Source: an uncultured delta proteobacterium (GTDB taxonomy: Bacteria; Desulfobacterota; Binatia; UBA9968). Taken from it: DNA of 64,000 nt. Made by a program: the position numbers and the translations under genes. Below the pieces are notes generated by a model. That model did no database searches and was not told the origin of the DNA. It worked only from the letters and a program-made list of their open reading frames with translations. The DNA lies in contig CAVWLW010000027.1 of assembly GCA_963755715.1 (NCBI GenBank), positions 264,752 to 328,751 on the forward strand. The letters are read 5' to 3'. Of this stretch, positions 52,620 to 64,000 are shown in pieces; positions within the stretch are counted from its first letter, which is position 1; each line of letters begins with the position of its first letter.

Positions 52620-53430
52620 TGGCGCCCCTGCTCGAACTCGAGGGCCTGACAAGTCTTCGGCGGGCTGCGGGTGATCGACGAGCTCGACCTCCTGGTGAAC
52701 GAAGGGGAGGTGGTCAGTGTCATCGGACCAAACGGCGCCGGCAAGACCACGCTCTTCAATCTCGATCACCGGCATCTACCGTCCGGACGAGGGCGAGATC
52801 CGCCTTGACGGCGAAACGTCGTCGGCCTCGCGCCCAACAAGATCACGAAGCTCGGAGTGGCGCGAACGTTCCAGACCCTTCGCCTCTTCCTGAACATGTC
52901 CGTCAAGGAGAACGTGATGGCCGGCGCAGTACGGCCGCACACAAAGCGGGGCCGCTGCGCTCGATCCTGCGGACTCCCGGGCATGCGCCGCGAGGAGCAG
53001 GAGATCGCCGCAGCAGGCTGAGGAGAAGCTCTCCTTCTTCGGCCAGCGGCTGATGGGTTACCGCTGGGACCAGCCCGCCTACAGCCTCTCCTACGCGAAC
53101 CGCCGGCGGCTCGAGATCGCGCGGGCGATGGCGACCGAGCCGCGCATCCTCCTGTTGGACGAGCCGGCTGCGGGGATGAACCCGGTCGAGACGCACGAGA
53201 TCACCGAGCTGATCGGCCAGCTGCGCGACGAGGCCGGCTACACGATTCTCGTGATCGAGCACGACATGCACGTCGTCGAGGGGATCTCCGACCGCGTCGC
53301 CGCGCTCGACCACGGCGTCAAGATCGCCGAGGGCTCCTTCGAGCGAGGTGGCGACCGACCCGCGCGTCGTCGAGGCGTACCTCGGGATCAAGGGTGCGGG
53401 AGGGAGAGAGCCGATGCTGCTCCGACTTAG
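52619..53430 (+). CDS. livG: Branched-chain amino acid ABC ATP-binding protein, frameshifted
   Basis: [24 protein letters not shown] and IEHDM motifs. Confidence 0.88.
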
Positions 53431-54120
53431 CGGGCATCGACACCTATTACGGCCAGATCCACATCCTCTCGGGCGTCGACCTGGAGGTGGGGGAGGGCGA
53501 GCTCGTCTGCCTGCTCGGCGGCAACGCGTCGGGGAAGTCGACGACGCTGAAGACGATCCTCGGGATCGTCGGCCGCGCAACGGGACGGTCGAGTTCGCCG
53601 GCGAGAACGTCACCGAGCGGCACACGAGCTACCGGATCCGCCAGGGGATGGCGATCGTCCCGGAGAACCGGCGGCTGTTCGCGCCGATGACCGTGCTCGA
53701 GAACCTGGAGATGGGCGCGTACCTGCGCGGCGGCGGGCGCGAAGGAGGACTTCGACCGCGTCTACGACGCTCTTCCCGCTGCTGCACGAGCGGCGCAATC
53801 AGCTCGCCGGGACGCTGTCAGGCGGCGAGCAGCAGATGGTCGCGATGGGCCGCGCGCTGATGTCGCGGCCGAAGCTGCTGCTGATGGACGAGCCGTCGAT
53901 GGGGCTCGCGCCGATCCTGGTCGAGCGGAACTTCGAGATCATCAAGGAAGTGCACGAGGCCGGCGTCTCGATCCTGGTCGTCGAGCAGAACGCGAACATC
54001 TCGCTCTCGATCGCCGACCGCGGCTACGTCCTGTCGACCGGCCGCGTCGTGCTCACGGGCCCGGCGAAAGAGCTGCTCGCGCACGAAGACCTGAAGAAAG
54101 GCGTACCGTAGGGCCGCTGA
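53414..54120 (+). CDS. livF: Branched-chain amino acid ABC ATP-binding protein, frameshifted
   Basis: [27 protein letters not shown] and VEQNA motifs. Confidence 0.88.
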
Positions 54121-54400
54121 GGCGCATAGCGCTGGCGCCGCGGCAGCGCCGTGCCCGCGGCCCGGCCGCCCGTTCCACTTCCGCCGCTACACGAGCGGCA
54201 TGGTCGAACGATCACCAGTACGTCGTACTGAACGAGAAGAGGAACGGGTCCGGCTGAGAGGAACTCACAGGGTCCTGTACCGTTCACGGCCACGCATGTT
54301 ACGAGCACGGCGCTCAATCTCGGGCCTGCAGCTGAACGGGGAGACTCCCTCGTCCGGGAGGCGGCGCGCGAGCGGCCGCTCCAGGTCGGGCCGCTGCCAG

Positions 54401-55527
54401 ACCGCATCCGGCACCGCTTCCCGATCTTCCGCAACCGCATCTACATCAACTCCTGCTCGCAGGGGGCGCTCTCCGACTCGGTGCGCGAGGCGTACGAGCG
54501 CTACCTCGAGGACTGGGACGAGCGCGGCGCGCCGTGGGATTACTGGGTCGAGAAATCGGAGGACGCGCGCAACGCCTTCGCCGGCCTCGTCAACGCGGAC
54601 GCCGACGAGGTCGCCGTCACGACCTCCGTCTCGGCCGGCCTGAGCGCTATCGCGACGGGCCTGCGCTACGCGCGCCGCTCGAAGATCGTCACGACCGACT
54701 GGGAGTTCCCGACGGTCGGACAGATCTGGCACGCGCAGGAGCTCCGCGGGGCGCGCGTCGTCCACATCGAGGCCGACGCGGACGGGACGCTCCCGCTCGA
54801 GCGCTTCGAGCGGGAGATCGACGAGGACACGGCGATCGTCTCGGTCACGCATGTCTGCTACCGGAACGGGGCGCGCGTCGAGTCGCCGAGGTCGCGCGGA
54901 TCGCGCACGAGCGCGGCGCGCTCGTCGTTCTCGACGCGTACCAGTCCGCCGGCTCGCTCCCCCTCGACGTGCGCGAGCTCGACGTCGACTTTCTCGGCGG
55001 CCGGAGCGCTCAAGTACCTGCTCGGCTCGGCCGGGCTGGCGTTCCTGTACGCGCGCCGCGAGGTCGTCGAGCGCGTCTGGCCGACCGCGACCGGCTGGTT
55101 CGCCGACAAGAACATCTTCGAGATGGACCACCGCGACTACTCGCCGGCGCCGACCGCGAGCCGCTTCCAGTCGGGGACGCCGCCGATCCCGGCGATCTAC
55201 GCGGGCGTCGCCGGGATCGAGCTGATGCAGGAGATCGGCGTCGCCGACACGCGCAGGCACGTGAACGAGCTGAACGCGCGGCTGATCGAGGGCCTGGACG
55301 AGCTCGGCGCGCAGATCGCGACTCCGCGCCGGCCGAAGCGGCGCGGCGCGCTGATCTGCGTCGCGTTCGAAGGACGCGCCGGAGCTCGTCGCGCGCTCGG
55401 CCGCGAAGGGATCGTCACGTCGGATCGCGACGGAAACCTGCGCGTCTCCGCGCACGCGTACAACTCCGTCGACGACGTGGACGAGCTGCTCGCCGCGCTC
55501 GAGCGGCACGAGAAGCTCCTGGCGTAG
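54401..55527 (+). CDS. Aminotransferase class V (PLP; desulfurase/kynureninase-like), frameshifted; start uncertain
   Basis: YINSCSQG, DAYQSAG, GALKYLLG, RFQSGTP and RVSAHAYN motifs. Confidence 0.88.
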
Positions 55528-55533
55528 TCGCGC

Positions 55534-55952
55534 TCAGGCGCCCGCGAACTGCGGGCCGGCGATCTCCGTGAGCGCGTCAGTGACCTTCGACGACGACCCG
55601 AGGTAGACGGCGACGCCGCGGCCGCTCCGGTACCAGTGCGGCGGCGCCGACCAGTCCACGGCCTGGTTGATTCCCGCCGTGTTCTGCACGGTGTACCCGT
55701 CGGGCTTCACCCGGGCCGCGGCGATCTTCGCAGCCTGCCCGTCCGGGAACGTGAACACGTGGAGGATGCCCCCCGGCACTTGTACATGGTCGAGCTCGAC
55801 CTCGAGGATGCCCGGCGGCTCGGGTTGCGGCGCTCTCACGTCGATGCCGTGGCTCTCCAGGCCGGCCAGGAATCCCTCGTTGCTCGTTCCTCCGCTCCTC
55901 CGCCGCAGCCGGCGAGGAGGACTACGGTGCCCAGCAGCGTTGCGCGCCTCAT
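55534..55952 (-). CDS. Hypothetical lipoprotein
   Basis: MRRATLLGTVVLLAGCGG lipobox, then one shift to ..DWSAPPHWYRSG..GPQFAGA*. Confidence 0.7.
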
Positions 55953-56392
55953 GCGAAATGCACGTACGCCGCTTCGTCCTCGTCGACCGCGCGCTCGCAG
56001 GTCGGGCAGTACCAGCGCGCCTCGAGCGGTGTGCCGCAGGAGCGCGTGCCGCGAGCGGCTCCGGCGCCGTCGCGCGTGCCGCGCGCCCCAGTCGGCCAGC
56101 AGCCGCAGGGCGCCGGCCAGCTCCCGCCCCGACGCGGTCAGCTCGTACTCGATCGCGCGGCGGCCGCTCCGAGTACGGCTGGGCGACGACGAGGCCGTCC
56201 TGCCTCGAGGCCGCTTGAGGCGCTGGGTGAGGATGTTCGACGCGATCCCGCGATGCGCTCGACGAGGTCGCCGAAGCGGAGCGGCCCGTCGAGCAGCGAC
56301 GGCGACGATCGAGCAGCGTCCAGCGGTCGCCCACGCGCGCGGCGGCCTCGGCGAGCGGGCGAGTCCGGGCTCGGTGCGTCACGCGCTCGCAT
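55949..56392 (-). CDS. HxlR-family winged-helix regulator with C-terminal Cys motif, frameshifted
   Basis: VGDRWTLL, LTQRLK, YSERPPR, YELT; tail ACGTPLEARWYCPTC. Confidence 0.82.
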
Positions 56393-56414
56393 CCTACGGG
56401 CTCTGTATGGTACA

Positions 56415-56431
56415 ACTTGCAATTTGCAAGT
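56415..56431. promoter_or_regulatory. Perfect palindromic operator candidate
   Basis: ACTTGCAA-T-TTGCAAGT in the short AT-rich divergent spacer. Confidence 0.7.
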
Positions 56432-56447
56432 GACTGAGGAGCTGAAG

Positions 56448-57343
56448 ATGACCGCAGTTCACGGAGATCGAAGACGCTGATCCGGGGCGTCGGCGGACGC
56501 GTCGGCCCGAAGGTGGTCGGCGTCGGACGGTTCGGCTCGGGCGTGGTCATCGGCGACGGCGGATCCTCACGAACGCGCACACGTCCGCGGCGAGGAGGTG
56601 CGCGTGCAGGTTCGCCGACGGCCGCACGCGAGACCGGCACGCGTCGCGGGAGCTCGACCCGACCGCGACCTGGCGGTCGTCTCGGCCGACACCGGCGACG
56701 TCGCCCCGGTCGAGTGGGCGCGACGGCAACGGCCCGGCATCGGCACCGCCGTCGTCGCCCTCGCGAACCCGGGCGGCCGCGGCCTGCGGGTGACGCTCGG
56801 CTTCGTCGTCCGCCGACCGGAGCTTCCGCGGGCCGCGCGGGCGCCGCATCGCGCGGACGCATCGAGCACACCGCCCCGCTGCCGCGCGGCTCGTCGGGCG
56901 GCCCGCTGGTCGACGCGGACGGACGCCTGCTCGGCATCAACACGATCCGCCTCGAAGGCGGGCTCGATCCTGGCGATCGCTGCCGACGCCGACGCTGCGC
57001 GAGCACGTCGCAGGCGCTCGCGCGCGGCGAGGCGCCCGCGCGCCGCGACGCCTCGGCGTCGCGCTCGCGCCGCCGCGCGTGGCGCGCCGGCTGCGCCGCG
57101 CCGTCGGGCTGCCCGAGCGGGACGGCCTGCTCGTCCGCGGCGTCGCCGCCGACGGCCCGGCCGAGCGCGCCGGGATCGAGCAGGGCGACCTGATCGTCGG
57201 CGGCCGGCGGCGCCGTCGATCGGGGATCGACGACCTCTACGAGGCCGGCTCGACGGCGCGTCGCCGGGTGCGCGGCCTGCGAGCTCGAGCTCGTCCGCGG
57301 GACGGACGAGCGGAAGGTGCGAGGTGACGCCGGGATCGACTGA
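56448..57343 (+). CDS. Trypsin-like (S1C) protease with PDZ domain, heavily frameshifted
   Basis: GAGGAG RBS; GSGVVI, TNAH, DLAVV, GSSGGPL and PAERAGI motifs. Confidence 0.8.
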
Positions 57344-57345
57344 GC

Positions 57346-58311
57346 GTGGCCGCCGAGCGGCGAGGCGCTCGACGCCTATTCGCGGACTCGTCGTCGGCGT
57401 CGCGGAGCGCGCTCTCGCCGTCGGTCGCCAACCTGCGCGTGATGCGCCGCACGCCGCGGCGGCCTCGTCCCGGCCGGCGCCGGCAGCGCCGTCGTCCTGA
57501 CGCCCGACGGCTTCCTGCTCACCTCGGCGCACGTCGTCGCCGGCCGCGGCCGGCGGCGGCCGGGCCGCATTCGCCGACGGGCGCGAGCTTCACGTTCGAG
57601 GTCGTCGGGCGCGCGATCCGCTCTCCGACCTCGCCGTGCTGCGCGCCGAGGGCGACGACCTCGATGCCGGCCGAGCTCGGCGACGCCGAGCGCCTCCGCG
57701 TCGGCCAGCTCGTCGTCGCGATCGGGAACCCGCACGGCTTCGCCGGCTCGGTCACCGCGGGCGTCGTCTCGGCCCTCGGCCGCTCGCTGCCCGCCGCGCG
57801 GGCGCGGCCGCGCGGATGATCGACAACGTGATCCAGACCGACGCCGCGCTCAACCCCGGCAACTCCGGCGGCGCGCTCGCGGACAGCGCTCGGCCACGTC
57901 GTCGGCGTCGAACACCGCCGTCGCCGGCATCGGCCTCGGCCTCGCGGTCCCGATCAACGACGACGCACCCGCCGCGATCATCGGCGCGCTGATGACGCGA
58001 GGGCCGCGTTCGCCGCGCCTATCTCGGCATCGCCGGCGGCCCGCGGCCGCTGCCGCCGCGGCTCGCGCGCGAGCTCGGGCGCGCGCGCGTGCGTGGAGGT
58101 CGTCGAGGTCGTCGGCGGGCAGCCCGGCGGAGCGCGCCGGGCTGCGCGCCGAGGACCTGATCGTCGCGCGTCGGCGGCGAGCCCGTCGAGGGCGTCGACG
58201 ACCTCCAGCGGCTGATGGTCGCCGACCTGATCGGCGCGCGACTGCCGTTCTCGGTCATCCGGAGCGGCGCGACTGATCGAGGTCGAGCTGGCTCCGGTCG
58301 AGCTGCCGTAA
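57346..58311 (+). CDS. Second trypsin-like (S1C/HtrA) protease with PDZ domain, heavily frameshifted
   Basis: [21 protein letters not shown] and [14 protein letters not shown] motifs. Confidence 0.85.
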
Positions 58312-58386
58312 TCGATACGGCTGAGCAGGAGGTCACCCCAGAACCGCTGAGGAGGTCGAGCGCGTATGTCAAAGTGCATGTTGCAC

Positions 58387-58893
58387 ATGTCGCGTTCCCG
58401 CCTGCTCCTGACGGCGCTCGTCGCCGTTGCCCTCGCCGGCCTTGCGGCCGGCCTGCTGGTCGCGCGCGAAAGCAGCGCCGCCGCCGTGCCTTCCGGGTTG
58501 ATCGCGCGTGGAGAGTTCCATTCCCTGTCGTGGGGGACGCGCGGGACGGCATCGATCGTCGGGCGGAACGGCCACGCCGTGCTCGAGCTCCGCGGCTTCC
58601 AGACGCAGAAGGCGCCCGAGCTCTGGATCGTGCTCGAAGGCAAAGAGGGCGTCACCTCGCGCCAGCAGCTCACGCACCTACAGCGGGCGTGGGGGAATCA
58701 GGATTACGCGCTCCCCGCCGGCGTGGCGGCCAATCCACCCGCCCGCGTGCTGGTCTACTGCACCAAGTGCGGGAAGGTCTGGGGCTATGCGCCGCTGCGG
58801 ATCGGCGCACTCGTCCCTGAGCTAGCGACGGGAGGCCGTGGCTCTTCTCCTCGGCGTTCCGAGTGCCTACTCGCTCGCCCGCCGCCGCGCTGA
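58387..58893 (+). CDS. DM13 domain exported protein; 3' end uncertain
   Basis: Signal/TM helix; GEF..TRGTASI..APELWIVL..GNQDYALP..VLVYC..WGYAPL. Confidence 0.7.
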   Translation: MSRSRLLLTALVAVALAGLAAGLLVARESSAAAVPSGLIARGEFHSLSWGTRGTASIVGRNGHAVLELRGFQTQKAPELWIVLEGKEGVTSRQQLTHLQRAWGNQDYALPAGVAANPPARVLVYCTKCGKVWGYAPLRIGALVPELATGGRGSSPRRSECLLARPPPR

Positions 58894-59865
58894 GCGCCAC
58901 GCAAGGAAGCCACGCGGGGCTTGGGCGGCGAGGCGGAAGGGGCGGATGACGTACGCCGCCACTGTCCCAACAGTTCCATGGCGGGCAAGCGGATCGGCCT
59001 TTCGCAGCGTGTCGCGGGGCGGCGCGAGCTCTGACGCGAGATAGCCGAGCTTGCCGGCGAGGCCGGGTGTCCGCCGCAGGCGTTCGAATCCCATCGCCGT
59101 CGGCGGCGCCATGGTGCTGCGCAGGATCACCTCGACCGACGTCGTACCCGTCAGCTCGAGCCGACGAGAGAGGGCGACGCCCTCGGGAACGAATGAGAGG
59201 CCGATGGCCAGCGCCGACTCGGCGCGAAGCCGACGAGCGAGCACGGCGGCTTCCTGCCAGGTCTCGTCGGGCACCTGGTCAACGGCACGTACGAGATCCT
59301 CGAGTGGCGTTCCCGCCGGCCCGTTCGCCGCAGCATGCAGGGCGACGAGAAGTGTGCGCGCGGCCACGCCGGGAACACGCACGACGTCCTCATAGCCGCC
59401 AAGCGACAACGGCTCGGTCTCCCGGACGAGCTCCTCCCACAGCTGCTCATCGCTCGCCTGGATTCCGAGGAAGCCACGGTGCAGCTCGACGCAGACGTTG
59501 TCTCGGGGGGCGGTACCACTTCTCGTGGTGGCTCTCCTGCAGAATGCGCATCGACTCGGAGGACAGGGGCTCGAAACCCAGGCTGTCGGCGACGGCCTCC
59601 GCGCGGTGCAGCTCGGCCGGCGAGACGAGCAGGTCGATGTCCCAGTAGTGGCGGGTTTCGTGGTCGGCGTACAACCAGCGCTGGACCGAGGGGCCTTTCA
59701 GCAGGATGCTGCGGATGCCCGCAGCTTGCAGGGCGGCCATGAGCTCGACCGTCGCGATGTCCGTGCGGCGGCGGTGCTCGACCTCGAACTCGTTCTCGAC
59801 CACGTGCTGAATCACTCCGCGGCTGCGGCGTCCCGGAGGTCAGACTCGGCGTCAGCTGCCGTCAT
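58867..59865 (-). CDS. Nucleotidyltransferase family protein (NTP_transf_5-like), frameshifted
   Basis: ILLKGP..LY..RHYWDIDLLV, VELH and LLVALHAA motifs. Confidence 0.8.
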
Positions 59866-60724
59866 CGGTTGGTCAAGTCGCACAGCAGGACGCGGTAGAG
59901 GGGAATCGTCGACGGACGCAGGGCGAGCGTCGTGCACACGCGACGCCTCAAACCGCCACGATTCGTCGCGACCAAGCGCCCCGCAAGGAGCTGGTGCGTG
60001 GCGTCCTGCAGGCCCAGGCCCTGCCCGCGCCTGAGGAGAGCCTTGTTCGCGTCACCCTCGGGACCAACCCATCGGTGGCCTCTCGCTCCGGTTACATGGG
60101 CATAGTCGTGCCTTTGGTGAATCACCAACGTCGATGGGGAGACATCAACGACGGGAAACCGCAGCTTGCGGGCCTGCCAAATCATCCAGTTGTCCCACCC
60201 GGGTCTGCCAACCGCGAAGGGAGGGATCCGCCCCAAGCTGTTGACACGGAACACGAAAAAGTCAATCCACCAAACGCCGCGCGCGACTCCCTCATCAGCG
60301 ACGCGTCGGCGGAGTTTCTCTTCGCAGCTGTCGTCGAACGGCATGAGTTCTCGATCGATATGGATGTCCCAACTTCGCCCTACAACAAGGAAGAGCCGCT
60401 CCACCGATGACGCCCGGGCGACAGCGTCCATCAGATCACTACCGAAGATGAGATCGGCGTTCGCGTAACAGACGATGTCATGCCTCGCAGCGTCTTGTGC
60501 CTGCTGGAAAGCCGAGTGGAGGAGTGGCGTGCCAAATTCGTTCGTCTCTATCTCGGGGAGGTGGACGGCGCCGAACTCGGCTGCGTTCCGGCAATCCCCA
60601 AGTCGTTCCCGCCGAAGATGATCTCGACGCTCGAGCCGAGGCGTTGCCAGCTGCGGATGGCATTGCGCTGGATTCGCCTGGCGTGGCCCTCAAACGGCTT
60701 CGGCAGAGCGAAGATGGTCAGCGC
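59862..60724 (-). CDS. Putative GT-A fold glycosyltransferase, one frameshift; start uncertain
   Basis: TIFALPKPFEGH..IQRNAIRSW, NEFGTPLL, YANADL and PPFAVGRPGWDNW motifs. Confidence 0.7.
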
Positions 60725-60802
60725 GAGGTCCTCGTTTATCCTGGCTCACCGCTTTCCTGAAAAGCGTCGAAAACGTTCGCCCTCTGACACCGGCGCAGCT
60801 CG

Positions 60803-62165
60803 TCAAGCATCTACGGAGGCGCGGTTGCGGGTTGAAGATCGCCTGCGAGCAGCAGGTCGTTGCCGGCGCGATAGACGGACTGGTTCGTGATGCTGGAGCC
60901 CGTTGGCGACCGAGACGATGTCGAGGTCGCCCACGGCTTCCGTTCCGGCGCCCAGGATGGTCGGCGCGATGCCGACGATCACTCGATCGGCCAGTCTCGC
61001 CTTCAGAAACGACGTGAGGACGCGGGCGCCTCCCTCGACGAGCACGGAGCGAACGCCGAGGCCCGGAGCAGCCGCAACGCCTCGGCGGCGTCCACGCCGG
61101 CCGGATGCGCGGCTGACCGAGTGCACGGCGACACCGTGGTTTCAGAAGGACGAGCCGGCTCTGCGGCCTGCGCCTGCGCTCGTCGAGATGACCATCGTGC
61201 ACGGCGTCGTCCTCGAGGATCCTCGCGTCACTCGGGACGCGGAGCGTCGAGTCGAGGATGACGCGGAGCGGGTGAGGCGCCGGGGACAAGGCGCACGGTC
61301 AGCCGGGGATCGTCGGTGAGGACGGTGCCGATCCCGACGAGGACGGCGTCGCTCGTCGCCCGCAGCGCGTGAGAGATCCGCCGCTCCTCCTCTCCGCTGA
61401 TCCACTTGCTGTCGCCTGTTCGCGACGCGATGCGCCCGTCGAGCGTCTGCGCGTACTTCAGCACGACATACGGGCGCGAGGACGATTCGCGCACGTCCCC
61501 GAGCAGGGCGTGCACGTCAACGGCTTCCGCGATCATCTCCGGCGCGGCCACGGACGCGGCGGCGTGACCGAGGCGGCCCTGTTTCGACCGTAGGTACGTG
61601 AGGTTCCGCGCGTGCGGCGAGGTCGACAGCAGAGACGACCTCGTCGACCTCGATGCCATTTCTCCGCAGGCCCTCCACCTTGCGGGGATTGTTCGTGAGC
61701 AACCGCACCGAGCGGACGCCGACGAGCGCCAAGCATTGCGCCGCCTCCGCGTAGTCGCGCACGTCTGCGGGGAAGCCCAGCAGATGGTTCGCATCGACCG
61801 TGTCGTATCCGTTCTCCTGCAGGACGTAGGCGCGCAGTTTGTTGACGAGCCCGACTCCACGCCCTTCTTGCCCGGTCGCGTATACGAGCACGCCGCGCCC
61901 CTCCTGCCCGATGGCCCGCAAGCGCATTCCGCAGCTGGAGCCCGCAGTCGCAGCGCCTCGACCCGAGGGCGTCTCCCGTCAGGCATTCGGAGTGCACGCG
62001 CGTGAGAACGGATGAGCCGTCACCGAGCTGACCCTTGACGAGAACGACGTAGACGTATCCCGAGGGATACTCGAACGCGCGCAGCTCGAACTCCCCGTTG
62101 TCGGTCGCGAAGAGCGTCCGTGCCACCTCGGCCGGTTTGTCGCCCCCGCGCGTCTCGGCCTCCAT
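60803..62165 (-). CDS. ribA: GTP cyclohydrolase II fused to a RibD C-terminal reductase domain, frameshifted
   Basis: [30 protein letters not shown] and LLTNNP; then [24 protein letters not shown] and VEGGA. Confidence 0.88.
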
Positions 62166-64000
62166 CCGCGGTCGATTCAAGCGGCTTACGACCGGTTTTG
62201 CAAGAGATCGCCGATCATCGGGTCGGCTGGTGGAGGTTCCCTGCGGCTCCCACCGAAGTCGCAGGACGCGATGATGACAGTGGTCGGACACGACAACCTC
62301 CTCTGCCGTGGTCAACTGCGCCCACCTTGGCTGATTGAGGAACGGGAGCCGGGTCCCGGGGATCGAAGCGAGCTCCCACAGCAGCTCGCCCGACTCCGTC
62401 GCCCGCGAGCACACGGTTGTTGCCGGTGTCGGCGACGACGAGAACCCCGGTCGGTGAGACCTCTGCGTAGCGAGGGCCGCTAAAACGAAACCAGGCGGAG
62501 TCCGAGCGGAACGCGCGCAGCTCGGTGACTGCTGCTCCGTCCGCTCCCACCCACAAGACGCGGTGGTTGCCCGAGTCGCAGACGAGGACGAGGTCGTTCT
62601 CGAGGAGCTGGGCGCTGTGTGGATCTTTGAGGGTTTCCGCGCCCGGCGTCGCCGCCGACCGTCCGGAAGATCTGCCCGTTCCAGTCGGCTTCGACGACGA
62701 GCCCGAGAGGCGCGTCGGTGATCAGCAGATGGCCGTTCGGGAGCAGGCGGACGTCGTGCGGGTCGTCAAGCGGCAGCCCGCCGTCGAGCTGGTCGAGCCG
62801 GCGGAGCACCTCGCCCGACGGAGCCACCTCGAGCACGCGCCCGTTCCGGCCGTCGGCGACGAGGAGCGAGCCGGAGGGAAGCATCCGCGCGCATCGCGGC
62901 CAGAAGAGTTGTGCCGTCCGCTCCAGCGGCCACGGGTTGTGCGCGCCGTTCTCCGCGACGACGACTCGATCGTGAGCGGTATCGCAGACCAGCAGCCCGC
63001 CGCCGGCGAGCGTCTCGACGGACCGCGGAAACGAGAACCATCTGGGCTGGGCCGGCGGCTCCCCGTACTGCACCACGACCTCGCCGCCGGCGTCGTACTC
63101 GACGACCCGGCGGTTGCCCGCATCGCAGACGAGCAGGTTCCCGTCCGGCAGCTTGACGGCAAACGTCGGCGAGGAGAGGCCCTCCGCCGGCTGCGGCAGA
63201 ACCTCGACCGTCCCGTCGGCTGCGACCTTCAGGATGCGGTTGTTGCGGGTGTCGGCGACCAGCCGCGTGCCGTCGGCGGCTTCCCACGCCGCGCGCGGGC
63301 TCGAAAGGCGGTTGCCGCGCCTGCCGGGATCGCGCCGGCTTCCTACCTGCTGGACGACCGAGCCGTCACGGGTGAGCTCGACCACGACGTGGCAGAACTC
63401 GTCTGCGATCAGGAGGTTTCCGCTGCGGAGGAGCTGGACGCTGCCGGCGTACCCCAAGCTGTCCAGGTGGGGTAAATACCAGAGGAGGCGCCCGCTCACG
63501 TCGACCTCGACCACATCGACGCCGAAGGGCCGGTCGGCGAACGCCACGAGAAACGTGCCCTGCGGCGTCGGCGAGGCGGTCAGCGGCATCCGCTTCGACA
63601 GCGGGGAGAGATCGAGCGTCGAAACACGCTCCCCGCGGGAGACAGGAGGACGATCTCCCACTGGGTCACACGCAGGATCGCGAGCGATTCGCCCGCGACG
63701 AAGCCGTACGCGTCGTCGTCCCCCCATTCCGCCGAATCCGCGAGCGGCACGCCGTCCGGGTCGAGCCTCAGCGTCCGGTACCAGGCCCGCAGGTGCAGCG
63801 ATTTCTCGATCGCCAACTCGTCGACGATGACCGTCGTGCCGTCTGCGGCGCGCGCTGCGTAGACCGGGTAGCGCAGCGCCGGGGACGGGAGGCGGACGGC
63901 GCGCCCGGGGCGCTTCGGCCGGGCCGTACGTGATGCCCACTTCGTCGACGAGGGCGAAGCCCATCTATGGACGGCCGAGCTCGATCTCGCGATCGCAGCG
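62166..64000 (-). CDS. NHL-repeat multi-beta-propeller protein (runs off window edge), frameshifted
   Basis: Repeated P..A..L.DG..LV.D..N.RV units, for example [18 protein letters not shown] and [19 protein letters not shown]. Confidence 0.82.

Noticed and set aside
54121-54400. Structured ncRNA (6S RNA, TPP or glycine riboswitch) between livF and the aminotransferase
   Set aside because: Only short motif resemblances (GGCTGAGAG, GAACGG/CCGTTC); I could not build a full consensus. An Infernal search is needed.

Overview
The window looks like two unrelated genomes joined at about 12,170, where a minus-strand GAF histidine kinase and a plus-strand amidohydrolase are both cut mid-domain. The left part (1 to about 12,170) has visibly lower GC and resembles a Deltaproteobacteria/Ca. 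Binatia-type genome (inference). It carries transporters, tpx, a NUDIX hydrolase and a kinase-receiver-cyclase operon. Its spacers hold several families of short-unit inverted repeats, and one pair brackets a GxxExxY nuclease-like gene placed exactly between a stop codon and the next RBS. The right part has very high GC and resembles Thermoleophilia/Gaiellales (inference). It carries a sugar ABC + MetE-like operon, an epoxide hydrolase with a miniature N+C-terminal copy upstream, an orphan TIR effector, a phaB-phaJ-phaC cluster with a phasin-like gene and XRE regulator, tRNA-Asp with an integrase-less islet, a SAM-I/IV riboswitch before yitJ, a liv ABC operon, an HxlR/tandem-protease unit and a propeller-RibA-RibD/glycosyltransferase/nucleotidyltransferase cluster. 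Many genes are split by single-base indels typical of low-coverage long reads, so coordinates of split genes are approximate. No CRISPR array, rRNA or intact transposase/integrase was seen.
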